Shown piece by piece: positions 62,401 to 64,000 of a stretch of DNA of 64,000 nucleotides (its first letter is position 1; each line of letters starts with the position of its first letter). A program made the translations under genes and the position numbers. The notes under the pieces were generated by a model. It was not told the origin of the DNA. It worked only from the letters and a program-made list of their open reading frames with translations, and did no database searches. Origin of the DNA: an uncultured Chloroflexia bacterium (GTDB lineage: Bacteria > Chloroflexota > Anaerolineae > CG2-30-64-16); NCBI GenBank assembly GCA_963774265.1, contig CAVZDU010000005.1:32001-96000 (forward strand). Reading direction: 5' to 3'.

Positions 62401-64000
62401 CAGACCAGCGCGGATAGTGGCGCAAGCTGGTCCACAGCGACGGACTTCACCCGCTACATAGGTTCTGATGGGATGCCGGAGGTCGTCGTGCTTGCAGATG
62501 GGCAAGTTGCGCTCGCCTGGCATTCCGACCGAGGCCAGCAGTGGTGGTCAAACATCTGGTACGGCGTGTTTGGCGTGCATGAGGATATCAATCCTCCGCC
62601 TTTCGTGGGGTGGATTTGGCCTGTGCCGAGCTTTCCCGACTCAACGAATACGGTGAATATCACCGTCAACGCCGTGGATGAGTCACCCGGGCTATCCATG
62701 GAAGTGATGTGGTGGAAGGACGACGTCTCGCAGAGCAATGTTCCGATGTATGACGACGGTTTCCATGGCGACGACTCGGCCGGTGACAACCGCTGGGGAG
62801 GCACGATTGGATCCTTCCCGGCCGGCACGGCCATCACCTACCAGGCACGCGCGACCGATAGCGACGGCAATATCATTGTGCATCCACCCAGCCGCTATTC
62901 CTTTACTGTGAACTCACCCTTCGTCAGAACCGCCGATATCTTACTCGTGCCCGACTCCGGCGGCGGCAACACTTCGGGATTCCGTTCGTTCTACATTAAT
63001 GCCCTGGACTCTTTGGGCTATACCTATGACACATGGGACACGGGCGTTCGCGGTTTCGTACCTGCCGATGTGCTGAACCAGTACACCGCTGGCCGGGTCA
63101 TCTGGGGCGTCCCTGATGGGGGCTACATCACCAACGATGGCAACCAGCGCACGGCAGTACAGGGGTACCTTGATGCCGGGGGCAAGTTGTTCATCAGCGG
63201 CCAAAACATCGCAGAAAGGCTCAACGGAAACAGCTTCTTGACGAACTACCTGCACGCCACGTATGTCCAAACGGATACCGGGCTGTATGCGCTGGCGGGC
63301 GCGGCCGGCGACCCCATCGGGGACGGGTTGACGCTCAGCCTCTCCGGCGGCGATGGGGCCAACAATCAGAGTTCCAAGGATGAAATCGACCTCATCACAC
63401 CAGCCCAAGCCGTCTTCACATACCAGGCGAGCAAGAGTTTGCTCGGCCCCGAACCCAAGCTGACCACGGAGCCCCCGCCCATACCGACTCAAACACCGAC
63501 TCCGACACCCACACCTCAGGCCGGCACAGATCGAGGCGCGCCGCTTCAAGTGCCCGGAGTCCTGCCTACGGCATTGCCCGGCCAGCTTCAGTCAAGATCA
63601 ACTCCCCAGGCGCCAGGGTCACAGGCCAACGACTCACTAACGCGCGCCGGAGCACCGGACCTGCCGACCAGGTTTGCGGCGCCGGCAGCCGCGCCGGAGG
63701 CTACTATCAGCTCGGGCACGGCCGGGCTGCGCGTCGATACCGGTGCCTATAAAGTAGTCTACTTAGCATTCGGCTTCGAGGGGATCAACGACGCCAGCCA
63801 GCGTGCCGCGGTGATGGAGCGCGCCCTGGCCTGGCTGAACGGGGTGCTGCCGCGGCCGGGCCTGCTGGCGCCCGCCGGCGGGCAGGCAGTCCCGACTGGT
63901 GACGTGGCGTTCAGTTGGATCAATGCACCCGGCGCCACGAGCTATCAGATCCAAATCGACACCGTGCCGACGTTCGATTCGGCCGGGTTGATCGACCAGA
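59404..64000 (+). CDS. Large secreted multidomain protein (SBBP beta-propeller, BNR/Asp-box propeller, choice-of-anchor X-like, FN3-like); runs off the window
   Basis: GGAGG RBS, ATG 59404, signal peptide, FIENVGQW, YFIGNDP, seven YATFLGGSGD...AVDGAGSAYVTG repeats, S.D.G.TW Asp-boxes, MYDDG..GD..AGD; no stop seen before 64000. Confidence 0.88.
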   Translation, partial: MTRRLLSLLVLLALLPPSVALYSAAQEAQNTNSKNSGSSPVMFIENVGQWEAGARFQVWGGGTILWLADDALWLTVVEQSTDDAANSRADPPARFGPNRVNAERANESRLASNIKISFAGANPHPPVETFDRLDTVVSYFIGNDPTQWRPDVPVWGGVRYVDLYPGVDLEITSEDGQLVQRLAARPGADLTVVQLQVEGADAVTADGDALHLSTDAGNVILPMLRVDGLQVAGTQVQPRGTQAFRIAAPFEVSNANSASRPVMPEGAGSATTNPAPRDAISPQSLADNPADVLYATFLGGSGDEYGMGIAVDGAGSAYVTGYTSSTDFPTTPGAFDTSYSGGADAFVVKLNAAGSRLTYATFLGGSGDDGSFDIAVDGAGSAYVTGVTSSTDFPTTAGAFDTSYNGGSYDAFVVKLNAAGGGLTYATFLGGSGDEYGMGIAVDGAGSAYVTGITSSTDFPTTAGAFDTSYSGGSYDAFVVKLNAAGSGLTYATFLGGSGDEFGMGMGMGIAVDGAGSAYVTGITSSTDFPTTAGAFDTSYSGGSYDAFMVKLDAAGSRLTYATFLGGSGDDESSDIAVDGAGSAYVTGYTSSTDFPTTAGAFDTSYSGGADAFVVKLDAAGSGLTYATFLGGSGDEFGMGMGLAVDGAGSAYVTGYTSSTDFPTTAGAFDTSYSGGSYDAFMVKLDAAGGGLTYATFLGGSGDEYGMGMGLAVDGAGSAYVTGITSSTDFPTTAGAFDTSYSGGADAFVVKFAEGLESDDVVQVTNTNGDNNPALVQASDGKLWLFFNSYRDNGWDYLWSQTSTDGGATWSSASAFTQIFDDDYDPAAASSDDGELYVVWRRTEGGNNVWFRSSTDNGAIWSTATRLTTDPAGDYFPDIIQATDGKLWVVWQSDRSGNNDIWYKTSTDAGATWSSDTQLTASTESEILPTIAQAADGKLWIVWTRSGRLWYQTSDDGGATWASEAEIPDTCCYDHYANLVTAQDGTLWLADERAGDIWYQTSADSGASWSTATDFTRYIGSDGMPEVVVLADGQVALAWHSDRGQQWWSNIWYGVFGVHEDINPPPFVGWIWPVPSFPDSTNTVNITVNAVDESPGLSMEVMWWKDDVSQSNVPMYDDGFHGDDSAGDNRWGGTIGSFPAGTAITYQARATDSDGNIIVHPPSRYSFTVNSPFVRTADILLVPDSGGGNTSGFRSFYINALDSLGYTYDTWDTGVRGFVPADVLNQYTAGRVIWGVPDGGYITNDGNQRTAVQGYLDAGGKLFISGQNIAERLNGNSFLTNYLHATYVQTDTGLYALAGAAGDPIGDGLTLSLSGGDGANNQSSKDEIDLITPAQAVFTYQASKSLLGPEPKLTTEPPPIPTQTPTPTPTPQAGTDRGAPLQVPGVLPTALPGQLQSRSTPQAPGSQANDSLTRAGAPDLPTRFAAPAAAPEATISSGTAGLRVDTGAYKVVYLAFGFEGINDASQRAAVMERALAWLNGVLPRPGLLAPAGGQAVPTGDVAFSWINAPGATSYQIQIDTVPTFDSAGLIDQ
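60280..61660 (+). repeat. Seven near-identical ~195-bp intragenic tandem repeats
   Basis: (ACC)TA(T/C)GCCACCTTCCTGGG...GCCGTGGACGGAGCGGGCAGCGCCTA recurs seven times. Confidence 0.9.

Overview
GC-rich bacterial chromosome segment whose gene content and protein motifs suggest Chloroflexota (Anaerolineae/Caldilineae-like); this taxonomy is inferred. Single-base frameshifts in otherwise intact genes point to an imperfectly polished long-read consensus. 1-23.3 kb is a cell-surface/secreted-protein locus: two C25 (gingipain/PorU-like) cysteine peptidases, proteins sharing an 'AVTLxxF...W.T..E...GF' Ig/FN3-like module or its parts, proteins ending in an 'LF(L/A)PxxxR' motif, a sortase, an LPATG peptide, a DUF2723-type glycosyltransferase and a DUF4012 protein. 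Embedded in it is a RiPP-like cassette: an unannotated 42-aa precursor with a lasso-type YxxP leader, a PqqD/RRE protein and an HPr-kinase-like protein. A RAYT transposase with REPIN-like flanks interrupts the locus. Next come a probable LexA-box operon (short FtsK-like ATPase, DUF6504-like protein), holA, mutS2, GDP-mannose genes, an orphan dnaK followed by a Zn peptidase and two HtrA genes, and a BstYI-like R-M pair bracketed by palindromic repeats, one of which carries an IS4 element. The rest holds a LacI-regulated alpha-glucoside ABC/amylosucrase operon with a tandemly duplicated binding protein, a Zn/Mn ABC transporter, radA, and a large secreted beta-propeller protein that runs off the end.
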